In this document: positions 31,685-41,767 of the stretch, piece by piece
Layout of the letters: each line of letters starts with the position of its first letter
Numbering within the stretch: the first letter of the stretch is position 1
DNA from: an uncultured Verrucomicrobiae bacterium
Lineage (GTDB): Bacteria > Verrucomicrobiota > Verrucomicrobiia > Chthoniobacterales > Chthoniobacteraceae
Assembly: GCA_963769025.1 (NCBI GenBank)
Contig: CAVYKI010000009.1
Coordinates: 704,001 to 768,000, forward strand
DNA: 64,000 nucleotides
Direction: 5' to 3'
The notes under the pieces: model-generated
Told to the model about the DNA's origin: nothing
Databases searched by the model: none
Seen by the model: the letters and a program-made list of their open reading frames with translations, nothing else
Translations under genes and position numbers: made by a program

Positions 31685-31889
31685 GCGGGCTCGCCCGCGT
31701 GCGCGCACCTGTTTTGCCCCGGAAGTCCACGCGGCCAAGACATCACTGAAAACCGAAACCTCAGGTGATGTGAGCACGAATGAACGACCGTCTGACCGGG
31801 ACGACGCGAATGCGGTCAGTGGACCGTTCGTGCGCCAATCGGTCGGAACGGGACGGGCCTCTGATTCGGCGCCCACGAGTATTGCGCGC

Positions 31890-32951
31890 TTGCACGGAAC
31901 ACTCCGCGTTGCGCTCCTTGAAAACACGCCCGGCGGATTGTTTTGCGCCGCGGGAAATTTCTACATCGATCCGTGGCGCCCGGTTGATTTTGCAATCATT
32001 ACCCATGCCCACTCCGATCACGCCCGGCCGGGTTCCCGGAATTATTTGACCGTCGCGCCCGGAGTTGCCCCTTTGCGTGAGCGGATTGGCGCGGATGCAC
32101 GGATCGAGAGCGTTCCGTTCGGCGCGCGGATATTGGTCAACGGTGTAACTGTGTCGTTTCATCCGGCGGGGCACATCCTCGGCTCCGCTCAAATCCGCCT
32201 GGAGCATCGCGGGGAAGTCTGGGTCGTCAGTGGCGATTACAAAACAGAGCCGGACGGTATATCCGGACGTTTCGAGCCCGTCCGATGCCACACTTTCATT
32301 ACCGAATCCACCTTCGCACTTCCGATTTATCGCTGGAGCCCGCAGGCGGAGATTTTCTCCGAGATCAATGACTGGTGGCGCGGGAACCAGGAAAAGGAGC
32401 GAACCAGTGTCGTCTTCGCCTATTCTCTCGGCAAAGCGCAGCGGGTGTTGGCGGGTCTGGAGGGCGACATCGGGCCGATTTTCCTTCACGGCGCCGTCCG
32501 GCGATTCGCCGAGATCTACGAACATGCCGGGGTCAAATTCCCGCCATTCGAATCGGCGGCATCAGAAAGCATCAAAGCCGCGCGCGGACGAGGACTCGTA
32601 ATCGCGCCCGGTTCCGCGGACAATTCGCCTTGGTTGCGAAAGTTCGGTGATGTTTCCACGGCGTTTGCGTCCGGATGGATGAGAGTCCGCGGGCCTCGCC
32701 GGCGGCGGTCGTTGGATCGCGGTTTTGCATTATCTGATCACGCGGACTGGGAGGGATTGCTCACGAGCATCGAGGCCACGGGGGCTGAACGCATTTGGGC
32801 CACGCATGGATACACTGCTCCTTTGGTGCGCTGGCTGAGTGAGAAGGGAAAGGATGCGACGGCCATCACGACGCACTTCCGAGACGAAAATGAGGATGAA
32901 GCCGAAATTGCTGAGGTTCCGGACATCTCGGCTCCGCGCACCGACGCATGA
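31890..32951 (+). CDS. Ligase-associated DNA damage response exonuclease (MBL/beta-CASP fold); start uncertain
   Basis: FYIDPWRPVD.AIITHAHSDHAR, PAGHILGSAQ, FITESTFALP, YSLGKAQR, ASGWM, LSDHADW. Confidence 0.9.
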   Translation: MHGTLRVALLENTPGGLFCAAGNFYIDPWRPVDFAIITHAHSDHARPGSRNYLTVAPGVAPLRERIGADARIESVPFGARILVNGVTVSFHPAGHILGSAQIRLEHRGEVWVVSGDYKTEPDGISGRFEPVRCHTFITESTFALPIYRWSPQAEIFSEINDWWRGNQEKERTSVVFAYSLGKAQRVLAGLEGDIGPIFLHGAVRRFAEIYEHAGVKFPPFESAASESIKAARGRGLVIAPGSADNSPWLRKFGDVSTAFASGWMRVRGPRRRRSLDRGFALSDHADWEGLLTSIEATGAERIWATHGYTAPLVRWLSEKGKDATAITTHFRDENEDEAEIAEVPDISAPRTDA

Positions 32952-34663
32952 AACGCTTTACTAAGCTGTACTGCGAACTGGATCAGACAACGCGCACCGG
33001 GGAAAAAGTTGCCGCGCTGGAACGCTATTTCCGGGAGGCCCCGCCAGCTGACGCGGCATGGGCCCTGTATTTTCTCTCAGGACGCACATTGCCCCGCGCC
33101 GTGCCCGCAAGGAACCTCTGGGAATGGACGGCGGCTGAAACGAACCTGCCGCACTGGCTGATCGAAGAGTGTCGGAACGCTGTCGGGGACACTGCCGAAA
33201 CGATCGCTCTCCTTCTCCCGGATTCCTCTGTGGCTACGGAGCTCCCGCTGGCGGAAATGATCGAGAGGAGATTGTTACCGCTGAAAAACCTTCCCGAACT
33301 CGGGCGCCGGGAGCTTCTCGTGCGGACGTGGTCGGAACTGGGGCAAAACGAGCGTTACGTTTGGAACAAAATCATTACCGGCAATTTCCGGATCGGCGTC
33401 GCGCGGACCCTCGTCATTCGCGCTCTCGCGCAGGTAGCGGACATCGACCCTGCCGTGATGGCACATCGCGTCATGGGCGCTTGGAGTCCCACGGCGGATG
33501 AGCTTGGGCGGATTTTGAATGAGGAACCCGGCCACACGGACGTCGCCAAACCCTATCCGTTTTTCCTCGCGTCCCCGTTGGAGCTGAAAGGAGGGGGCGG
33601 CGAGGGTCTTGAGAAACTCGGGCGACCGAGCGAATGGCTCATCGAGTGGAAGTGGGACGGCATTCGCGCCCAGATCATTCGCCGCGGTGGTGAGACTCTA
33701 GTCTGGTCGCGTGGAGAGGAGATGGTTTCCGAGGCGTTTCCAGAGTTCCTTGAAGCGGGGGAATGCCTGGCAGAGGGGAGCGTCCTCGATGGGGAAATTG
33801 TCGCATGGCAGGGTGACAGACCGCTTCCATTCGCGAAACTTCAGCGGCGACTTGGCCGAAAGCAGGTCTCGCAACGCACGCGCTCCGATTTTCCGATCGT
33901 CTTCGTCGCCTACGACGTTTTGGAAATGGGCGGCAGCGATATTCGCGCCCGTTCTCTTGAAGACCGCAGGCGTTGCCTCGAAGCGCTCATCGCCGAGGCG
34001 GGTTCGCGCCTCCATGCTGGGATCCGGCATACCGGTGGAGAGCAGGTTGAGACGCCGATGTTTCCGGATTTCGAACCGGAGAACCCCGGCGCCGGGAAAA
34101 TGTGTCCCCTGCGTGTTTCATCGCTCCTCCCTGTATCGTCATGGGCCGAATTGAAGGCGCTCCACATCACCTCTCGCGCTCGCGGTGTGGAAGGGGTGAT
34201 GCTTAAACGGCGCTCATCGAGTTACGGAGTGGGACGGCAGCGGGGCGATTGGTGGAAATGGAAAATTGACCCTTACGTCATCGACGCTGTGCTCATTCTC
34301 GCGCAGCGCGGAAGCGGGCGCCGTGCGAATCTCTACACCGATTATACTTTCGGCGTATGGGATAACGGAAAGCTGGTGCCGGTGGCGAAAGCATACTCCG
34401 GGCTGACCGACGCGGAGATCCTGAAGGTAGACGCTTTTGTGCGCCGCAACTCCACGGAAAAGTTCGGTCCGGTTCGGTCCGTTAAGCCCGAGCTTGTTTT
34501 TGAACTCGCCTTTGAAGGCATCCAACACTCCGCGCGACACAAGGCAGGCGTAGCGGTTCGTTTTCCTCGAATGAATCGCTGGCGCCACGACAAAAAACCG
34601 GAGGAAGCAGATACGTTGGAAAATCTCCGTGCGCTGGCAAATCCTGGAGGTGGCGCACCGTGA
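32948..34663 (+). CDS. ATP-dependent DNA ligase
   Basis: Motif I EWKWDGIR, LDGEI, YDVLE, EGVMLK, WWKWK, C-terminal OB fold with RFPR. Confidence 0.95.
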   Translation: MKRFTKLYCELDQTTRTGEKVAALERYFREAPPADAAWALYFLSGRTLPRAVPARNLWEWTAAETNLPHWLIEECRNAVGDTAETIALLLPDSSVATELPLAEMIERRLLPLKNLPELGRRELLVRTWSELGQNERYVWNKIITGNFRIGVARTLVIRALAQVADIDPAVMAHRVMGAWSPTADELGRILNEEPGHTDVAKPYPFFLASPLELKGGGGEGLEKLGRPSEWLIEWKWDGIRAQIIRRGGETLVWSRGEEMVSEAFPEFLEAGECLAEGSVLDGEIVAWQGDRPLPFAKLQRRLGRKQVSQRTRSDFPIVFVAYDVLEMGGSDIRARSLEDRRRCLEALIAEAGSRLHAGIRHTGGEQVETPMFPDFEPENPGAGKMCPLRVSSLLPVSSWAELKALHITSRARGVEGVMLKRRSSSYGVGRQRGDWWKWKIDPYVIDAVLILAQRGSGRRANLYTDYTFGVWDNGKLVPVAKAYSGLTDAEILKVDAFVRRNSTEKFGPVRSVKPELVFELAFEGIQHSARHKAGVAVRFPRMNRWRHDKKPEEADTLENLRALANPGGGAP

Positions 34664-37143
34664 GTGCGCGGGCGAGGAAGGGGGCCGAAAGAAGATTGCT
34701 GGACTGGTTCAAACGACAGGGCTGGACGCCGTTCAAATTTCAGCGGAAGGCATGGAGCGCGTATCTCGCCGGGCTGAGCGGGCTCGTGCATTCCCCCACC
34801 GGCACGGGAAAGACGTATGCCGTCTCCATTCCGCCCATCCTGGAATGGCTGGCAGAAAATCCCGACTCGGAGGCATGGCCGAAATCCGTATCACTTCGAA
34901 TCCTTTGGATTACGCCGCTTCGCGCGCTCGCGACCGACACCGCCCAATCCATTCTGGCGCCGATCACGGATCTCGCGCTGCCTTGGACCGTCGAACTGCG
35001 CACAGGTGACACTTCGTCCGCGACGCGCGCCCGGCAGCGCGAACGGCTCCCGAGCATACTCATTACGACCCCCGAAAGCCTGTCGCTGCTACTTTCCTAT
35101 CCGGGGATCCGTGAGAAAATGGAATCGCTTCGCAGCATCGTCGTGGATGAGTGGCACGAACTCCTCGGAACGAAGCGGGGAACTCAAGCCGAACTGTGCC
35201 TTGCGCGCTTGCGGACTTGGTTTCCGAATATGAAAACGTGGGGGTTGTCTGCGACACTCGGGAATCTCAATCAGGCGCTTGATGTTCTGGCGGGCGTGCA
35301 AACTTCTGCGGCGAAGTTGATTTCCGGCGATCTGAAAAAGCGGACGGAGGTCGAAACGCTGATTCCCGCGGACGTTGAGAAATTCCCGTGGGCCGGTCAT
35401 CTCGGACTCAATCTTTTGCCGGAAGTCCTCCGCCAGATTGGGCGCGCAAAAACGACCTTGCTCTTCACGAACACCCGGTCGCAGGCGGAAATCTGGTTTC
35501 GTGCCTTGCTTGCAGCCAAGCCGGAATGGCTCGCCGAAATCGCGCTGCATCACGGCTCCATGGACCGCGAGGTGCGCCAGGAAGTTGAGATGCGTCTGCG
35601 CGCGGGGAACATTCGCTGCGTGGTTTGCACGGCCAGCCTCGATCTCGGTGTGGATTTTTCACCCGTCGAGCAAGTAATCCAAATCGGCGCGCCCAAAGGC
35701 GTAGCCCGGATGTTGCAGCGGGCCGGGCGCAGTGGGCATCAGCCCGGGGCAGTGAGCCGGATTGTTTGCGTGCCGGCGCATGCCTTGGAACTGGTCGAGT
35801 TTTCCGCGGTGCGGGAGGCGATTTCCGCGCGCGAATTGGAGTCTCGCACTCCGTTGGAACGACCGCTGGATGTTCTGGTGCAGCACCTCGTCACCGTTGC
35901 GCTCGGCAGCGGCTTCCGGGAGGCGGCAATGCTCGCGGAAGTTCGTTCGAGTCACGCGTATCGGGAGCTTACCGATGCGGAGTGGAAGTGGTGCCTGGAT
36001 TTTGTGACCCGCGGAGGGGCCACGTTGAAGGCCTATCCGCAATATTCCCGGGTCCAAACGAGCGGGCCGGACTTCATCGTGACAGACCCCTTCATCGCCA
36101 AACTCCATCGCATGTCCATTGGCACAATCACCAGCGATAGCGCGATGGCCGTGCGGGTGCTGCGCGGACCCATGCTCGGAACCGTGGAAGAATCGTTTGT
36201 CGGTCGATTGAAGCCGGGAGCAAAGTTCTCCTTCGCAGGGCACGCACTGGAGTTGGTTCGGGTTCGGGATATGACGGCCTATGTGCGACGCACGAAAAAA
36301 TTCTCCGGCGTGGTGCCCCAATGGATGGGCGGGCGGATGCCGCTCTCCTCGCAGCTCGCAAAGGTCGTGCGCCGAAGATTATCCGAGGCGCGCCGCGGAA
36401 AATTCACCGGCCGCGAAATGCGCGCCGTGAAGCCGGTCCTGGAAATCCAAGACAGATGGTCCCGCGTTCCCGAGCCGGACGAACTGCTCATCGAACGCGT
36501 GCAGATGCGCGATGGCGTCCATCATTTCATTTTTCCATTTGCAGGCAGGCTGGTCCATGAGGGCCTCGCCGCGCTCATCGCCCATCGAGTCTCGCAACGT
36601 GTCCCCGCCTCAATCGCAATCACCCTGAACGATTACGGGTTTGCACTCCTCTCCGCCACGGCCGTTTCGCTGCCCACGGAGGAGTGGCGGAAAATTTTCG
36701 CGAAAGAGAACCTTCTCGAGGATCTCCTTGCCTGCCTGAACTCCGCGGAGCTGGCACGACGGCAGTTCCGGGAGATTGCGCGTATCGCGGGGCTGGTTTT
36801 TCAGGGCTATCCCGGCAGTGGGAAGACGACCCGCCAGCTTCAGTCGTCGAGCGGACTTTTTTACGATGTCTTCACACGATATGATCCGCAGAATCTCCTG
36901 CTTAATCAGGCGCGCCGCGAAGTGCTGGAACGTCAACTGGAAATCAGCCGGCTTGGTGCGACCATTGCCGACGTGACCGCGATGAAAATTGTCGTTGTTG
37001 AAACCGAACGTCTGACGCCGCTCGCTTTCCCGCTTTGGGCCTCGTTTGTGCAGGCTAACGTCACCTCGGAAAAATGGTCTGAGCGGGTCAGGCGCATGGC
37101 CCGGCAACTCGAGGATGCCGCGGCCGGCAAAAGTGTCCGATGA
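34660..37143 (+). CDS. lhr: Ligase-associated DEXH-box helicase (Lhr-core)
   Basis: PTGTGKT, ITPLRAL, RTGDT, TTPESL, VDEWHE, LSAT, HHGS, SLDLGVD, QRAGRSGH. Confidence 0.93.
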   Translation: MSARARKGAERRLLDWFKRQGWTPFKFQRKAWSAYLAGLSGLVHSPTGTGKTYAVSIPPILEWLAENPDSEAWPKSVSLRILWITPLRALATDTAQSILAPITDLALPWTVELRTGDTSSATRARQRERLPSILITTPESLSLLLSYPGIREKMESLRSIVVDEWHELLGTKRGTQAELCLARLRTWFPNMKTWGLSATLGNLNQALDVLAGVQTSAAKLISGDLKKRTEVETLIPADVEKFPWAGHLGLNLLPEVLRQIGRAKTTLLFTNTRSQAEIWFRALLAAKPEWLAEIALHHGSMDREVRQEVEMRLRAGNIRCVVCTASLDLGVDFSPVEQVIQIGAPKGVARMLQRAGRSGHQPGAVSRIVCVPAHALELVEFSAVREAISARELESRTPLERPLDVLVQHLVTVALGSGFREAAMLAEVRSSHAYRELTDAEWKWCLDFVTRGGATLKAYPQYSRVQTSGPDFIVTDPFIAKLHRMSIGTITSDSAMAVRVLRGPMLGTVEESFVGRLKPGAKFSFAGHALELVRVRDMTAYVRRTKKFSGVVPQWMGGRMPLSSQLAKVVRRRLSEARRGKFTGREMRAVKPVLEIQDRWSRVPEPDELLIERVQMRDGVHHFIFPFAGRLVHEGLAALIAHRVSQRVPASIAITLNDYGFALLSATAVSLPTEEWRKIFAKENLLEDLLACLNSAELARRQFREIARIAGLVFQGYPGSGKTTRQLQSSSGLFYDVFTRYDPQNLLLNQARREVLERQLEISRLGATIADVTAMKIVVVETERLTPLAFPLWASFVQANVTSEKWSERVRRMARQLEDAAAGKSVR

Positions 37144-37799
37144 GTCTCGAAACCGAGTGGGCAGGCGAACGCCTGCTCCTGCTGCACGGCAAGGCTGTCG
37201 CGTGGCACCGCACAGCGAGCCTCATCATCACGGATTTGCATCTCGGAAAAACAGCCGCGTTCCGACGATCCGGCATTCCTGTCCCCGAGGCGACCACAGC
37301 GGACGACCTCGCGCGTCTCGACAGGCTCGTCGCCGAACACCAAAGTAAGCGGCTGATTATCCTCGGGGACTTCTTCCACTCCGCCGCCGGCCGTCAGCCT
37401 GAAATGATGGATGTGGTGGCGGACTGGTGTGACAGAAATTCTGGCCTGGAGGTTATCCTTGTGCCTGGCAACCACGATCGGCATGCGGGCGACCCTCCCG
37501 CGTGCTGGAACATCCGGGTCGTCCCTGACTGCTGGCATCTCCCGCCGTTTTCATTTTGCCACGCACCGAAGAGTGTCGGGGAAGGCCACGTTTTCGCAGG
37601 GCACATTCATCCCGCAATCGCGCTGCGCGAGAAGTTCGGAAGCGGACTCCGATTACCGTGCTTTTGGTTTGGCCGGCATTGCGCTGTGCTTCCCGCATTC
37701 GGCAGCTTCACCGGCACGCAAATCATTCATCCCTCCCGTGGAGATCGCATTTTTGCAGTGGGGCCGCACGAAATCCTGAACCTGACCAGAAGCCCGTAA
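37140..37799 (+). CDS. pdeM: Ligase-associated metallophosphoesterase/endonuclease PdeM (MPE)
   Basis: DLHLGK, LGDFFH, GNHD, GHIHP, LPAFGSFTG; fourth gene of the conserved cluster. Confidence 0.9.
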   Translation: MSLETEWAGERLLLLHGKAVAWHRTASLIITDLHLGKTAAFRRSGIPVPEATTADDLARLDRLVAEHQSKRLIILGDFFHSAAGRQPEMMDVVADWCDRNSGLEVILVPGNHDRHAGDPPACWNIRVVPDCWHLPPFSFCHAPKSVGEGHVFAGHIHPAIALREKFGSGLRLPCFWFGRHCAVLPAFGSFTGTQIIHPSRGDRIFAVGPHEILNLTRSP

Positions 37800-37879
37800 C
37801 GTACGAACCAAAACCGGTCGCTTTGTTAAAGTAAGTCCGCTCGGCAAGTCGCGGCGGGAGTGCGGCGCTTGTTGCGCGC

Positions 37880-39763
37880 TTATTTCTTTTTGGATTTTGA
37901 TGCGGAGCCCGCCTTCTTCGAGGTATCGCTGGTGAAGATGCTCCGAATCGAGTCGCCCAGCTTCTTGAGCACGTTTTCCTCGGGCTTTTTCTTGGTGGCC
38001 CGGACTGGATGGGAGCTTCTCGAACTCGGTGGTTCGAGCTTCACGCGCAGATTTTGATTGGCGACAATCTGGACGGTACGCGGGGCGCTGGAACTGTTGG
38101 CGAAGGCAGCTTTGATCGTGTAGCGGCCGGGGGCCAGCGGCAGGTCAAGGGGTGCTTCGCCCACCGCAGTGGCGCCTATGAATATCTGCGCGCCGGCGGG
38201 GGCGCTTTCGATATGGGCCATGGCGAATGGAAATTCATGAGCGTAGCTGTTGAGCTTTTGATCCTTGATTTCGATGACTTCGGAATACGGGGCCCACGCA
38301 AGCGATGAAAACACAATGCGGTAAACTCCCGGCGCGAGACCTTCGATGATCGCGGGAGTTTCTCCCTCCCGCAGGGCAGGCGCATCTGAGTTTTCCGCAA
38401 GTCCCGCGAACAAATGGAACCTCATGCCGGCAGGCGCGGTATTCACGGCCAGCACCGGGTCAGGCACAGCGGGAACGGGAGTCGGTGGGAGGAACGGGCC
38501 GCTCTCAGCGGGTAGCGCCGCCGCTGGCTCGGTTTCGGCGTCCGAGATTACCGCACTCGGCTCGAGGTCGGCCGCCGCCGTCGGAGTGCGATCATGTGGC
38601 AGCGAGAAATCCGCCGCATTGGAAGCACTACCGCGGGCGATCTGGGGCGCAACTGAGATCGAAGCCCGAGGAGGGGCAGTTGCGATAGCAGGGCGGGGTT
38701 TTACCATTGCCTGCATGAGCCAAACCACGAACAGCAGAAGCAATGCGGCCATTCCTAACAACCCAAGGCGTGGCGGAATCGAAAACCGCCGGGCGGGTCG
38801 GCTTTTGTGCGCCCCCGCCTCAGGATTGAATACCACGGTCAATTCCTCGGTGGACTCACTGCTCGCGGGGGCCAAGCTTTCAATTCCAAGCCTGCGCGCG
38901 ATTTCCCGCGCATCGGCCGGACGCTCGCGCGGGTTTTTTGCCAGACAGGCTGCAATGGTGGCCTCCCAATCTGGAGGGATCGGCTCGCCGCACACGCCCA
39001 GTTTCGCCCGCCGTTCGTTGACGGGATCGGGCTTCACGCTGCGAATTTGATAACTGATGTCCCCGGAATGAAACGGGGGTTTCCCCGTGAGTAGCTCGTA
39101 TAGCGTGGCGCCGACAGAATAGACGTCGTCGGTGATGGCGGCCAGCTCACCCTGCAGCTGTTGGGGGCTCATATAGCTGAGCGTTCCTCCGCTGCTGTTC
39201 CATGCACTCACGCGGGCCGCGGTGTTTTGGAGTCCGCAGGAAATGCCAAAGTCCGCGACCTTCAGGACCCCGCGGGTGGTCACCATGAGATTACTGGGCT
39301 TCAAGTCCCGATGCACGAAACCGGCATCTCGGTGCGCATAATCCAGGGCACGCAATAGATCGGTTGTCCATCCAAGGATCTCGTCCGGTTCGAAACAGCG
39401 GGCCTCGCGCTCGGTGCGCAGGTGCGAAAGGGTTGCGCCGTCGATGTATTCCATCGAAATGGCGGCATTGTCGCTGTCCTCGACGAAGTCGTAGATACGA
39501 ACGATATTTGCATGGGTGAGCTCCAAGCTTCGGCGGGCTTCGCGCTTCAGGTCGTCGCGCGAGGACGGGTCGAGAAAGAGAACCTCGGGTAGAAATTTGA
39601 GCGCAACGCGGCGGTCGAGCCGCTCGTCGTGGGCCAGCCAGACGACCCCCATGCCGCCGCGACCGAGCAGCCGGTCCATCCGGTAACGCTCAAACATCAC
39701 TTGGCGGTTGCGCACCGGTTCGGAGGAGGGTGAAATCAAAAGCGGGGAGCTGGCTGCGGGCAT
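37880..39763 (-). CDS. Membrane Ser/Thr protein kinase with C-terminal PEGA-like domains
   Basis: LGRGGMGVV, VALK, HRDLKPSN, DFG, GTLSYMSPQQ; TM helix; IESAPAGAQIFIG..VGEAPL. Confidence 0.92.
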   Translation of the reverse strand: MPAASSPLLISPSSEPVRNRQVMFERYRMDRLLGRGGMGVVWLAHDERLDRRVALKFLPEVLFLDPSSRDDLKREARRSLELTHANIVRIYDFVEDSDNAAISMEYIDGATLSHLRTEREARCFEPDEILGWTTDLLRALDYAHRDAGFVHRDLKPSNLMVTTRGVLKVADFGISCGLQNTAARVSAWNSSGGTLSYMSPQQLQGELAAITDDVYSVGATLYELLTGKPPFHSGDISYQIRSVKPDPVNERRAKLGVCGEPIPPDWEATIAACLAKNPRERPADAREIARRLGIESLAPASSESTEELTVVFNPEAGAHKSRPARRFSIPPRLGLLGMAALLLLFVVWLMQAMVKPRPAIATAPPRASISVAPQIARGSASNAADFSLPHDRTPTAAADLEPSAVISDAETEPAAALPAESGPFLPPTPVPAVPDPVLAVNTAPAGMRFHLFAGLAENSDAPALREGETPAIIEGLAPGVYRIVFSSLAWAPYSEVIEIKDQKLNSYAHEFPFAMAHIESAPAGAQIFIGATAVGEAPLDLPLAPGRYTIKAAFANSSSAPRTVQIVANQNLRVKLEPPSSRSSHPVRATKKKPEENVLKKLGDSIRSIFTSDTSKKAGSASKSKKK

Positions 39764-39824
39764 CCATTCCAAAGATAACACTTTTTGTGCCACCGCGGCA
39801 CCCGCTTCATGCGAACACTTCTCG

Positions 39825-40682
39825 ATGATTAATCCTTCCGCGTGGCTCGAATTTTCTTCCGGTCAGCGTGTGACCATTGAAGGTTTGTGCACCATCGGAC
39901 GCACGCCCGGTAATCGCGTGGTCATCCCGATCGAACGCGTTTCTCGCCGACATGCAGTGATCCGTCCAAACGGTCGCGGAGGGTTCGAGCTGATGGATAT
40001 GGGGAGCAGCAACGGCACGTGGGTGAATGGGCAACGGCTGGTGCGCCCATTCCCGCTCGAGAATGGCAGCGTGATTGAAGTCGGGATGGTAAAAATGACC
40101 TTCCGCATCGCGGGTGTCGGTGGCGCGCCTACGGCACCGATGGAGTCCGCCCTGCTTCCTTGCTGGTTTGTCAGCGGGGAAGCGTCCACGCTGGGCTTCC
40201 GGTTGCCGGCGGAGGGAGATTTCGAGAAAACCTTCGAAGGGTGGACCGAACGTTGTGTGCGGATCGTGAAAGCCTGTCAGGGCGTTTCCATGCGAAGCCC
40301 GGAGGACGGGTTTCTCGCGTTCTGGCAGGAAGAGGCCGGGACGGACAAGTCCGCAAATGTCGTGAAAGCCCTGCTTGCTCTCCGATCGTTGCAGGGTTCA
40401 ACCGAGGAATTGCGTTTTGCCGTCCATTACAGCGAAGTGGAGATGCGCGTTAGCGCTTCAGGGGAGGTCCGGCCTGTCGGCGCTGAAGTGATTCATGTGT
40501 TTCAGCTTCAGAAACTGATTCGTACCATCGGCGTGAATATCGTGCTCAGCGACGCAGCAGCGATCAACCTTCGGGAAAGCCTCCCGATCCGCCCATTGAC
40601 CACCCAGGAATTGCGAGGACACCGGGGCAACGGACAGTTCCACACTTTGCGGAACGACGGGCACTCCGGTAGAACCGCTTGA
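39825..40682 (+). CDS. FHA-domain protein with degenerate class III nucleotide cyclase-like domain
   Basis: FHA motifs IGR, VSRRHA, DMGSSNGTWVNG; C-terminal half has the cyclase-like pattern DGFLAFW..RFAVHY..GAEV..VLS. Confidence 0.75.
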   Translation: MINPSAWLEFSSGQRVTIEGLCTIGRTPGNRVVIPIERVSRRHAVIRPNGRGGFELMDMGSSNGTWVNGQRLVRPFPLENGSVIEVGMVKMTFRIAGVGGAPTAPMESALLPCWFVSGEASTLGFRLPAEGDFEKTFEGWTERCVRIVKACQGVSMRSPEDGFLAFWQEEAGTDKSANVVKALLALRSLQGSTEELRFAVHYSEVEMRVSASGEVRPVGAEVIHVFQLQKLIRTIGVNIVLSDAAAINLRESLPIRPLTTQELRGHRGNGQFHTLRNDGHSGRTA

Positions 40683-40728
40683 GCGGGACGGTCTGTTCCG
40701 GATACAATTCCGCCTGCACCTCTGCGTC

Positions 40729-41640
40729 TCACCGGGCCGATTCCCGCTCCGGCTCTGCTTCCTTTGGACCCTCCGCCTCAAGTCGGAGGTAGTCATACCA
40801 TACGGCCTGATGCCAGACTCGGGCGACGGAACGCAGCCGGAGGGTGTTGCGCCCCAGTGAGAGCAGCGACGGGTCGAAGGTGAACTTTTTCTCGAACCAA
40901 TGGCCGGCGATTCCATCGCGGTGCATCACCCCGTTTTCGGGCAGCGGGCCTGTGTCGCCGAGCGGCTTGTCTTTCAGCGATACTACGACGCGGCCTCGGT
41001 CGCGGCTGCCGCAGAACGCCAGGCGCAACGTGACCGGGCCGCGCGGAATCTCGGCCACATCGAAGGTGATGCTCCAGGTCGTCTCACGGAGGACTCTGCT
41101 TTGCGCGTCCAGCCGCGGCGGTTGGCAGTAGTTCCAGTCGCGCCGCCAGTCGCTCGTGCCGATGATGAAGTTCACATCGTCGGGAAACTCCTCCGGATAT
41201 TTCAGGTAGAGGCCCCAGTGCCAGTGGTCATCGCCGTGGAGAAATTCCGCGGCGCTGCGGTTGGGCACGCCGATTTCCCAGAGCTGCCGGCCATGGCGTT
41301 CCGGCGTCCATTCCAAAGTCGCGAGATCCAGCGGCGCACCTGCGCGCACATTCACGTCGGCGTTGCGGAACTCTCCGAGCACGCCGTCCACAAAGGCGTA
41401 AAGCATGCAGCGGCCCGGACGCACATTCGGGATGAGGAAGCGTCCTTCACCGTCCGCGCGCACCCAGTGCTGGTAATGTTTGCCATCGAGCTGCCAGTCA
41501 TAGGTGCGCGGGTTTTCCCATGCTTCAACCGCGTAGGGCGGCGATGCGCTGCCGACCCATGCTCCCGCGGTTCTTGCCTCCGGCGCCTGCGCATCGCGGA
41601 GCACAACCGGCCGCCCACGCTGCCGCGTTGCTCCTTCGGA
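40729..41640 (-). pseudogene. C-terminal fragment of a rhamnogalacturonan lyase (PL4, domains II-III)
   Basis: YQHWVRADGEGRFLIPNVRPG, LWEIGVPNRSAAEF, FIIGTSDWRRDWNY, YDYLRLE; N-terminal domain absent. Confidence 0.75.
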
Positions 41641-41767
41641 GGAAACTCCGCGTGTGACATCCATGAATACGGCCACGATGCGCGCTCCCTGTCCGCACGC
41701 GCACACGCGTCGCGCCACAGCGCGGCGGGATCACCGCCGCGATTGATGTAGAGTTGAAAGGGTCCGA

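Noticed and set aside
31685..31890. LexA/SOS box before the repair operon
   Set aside because: No TGTTC-N4-GAACA or other SOS box that I recognise.
31890..37799. The four-gene ligase/helicase/nuclease cluster as a novel system
   Set aside because: It matches the already described ligase-associated DNA damage response cluster; only its context is notable.
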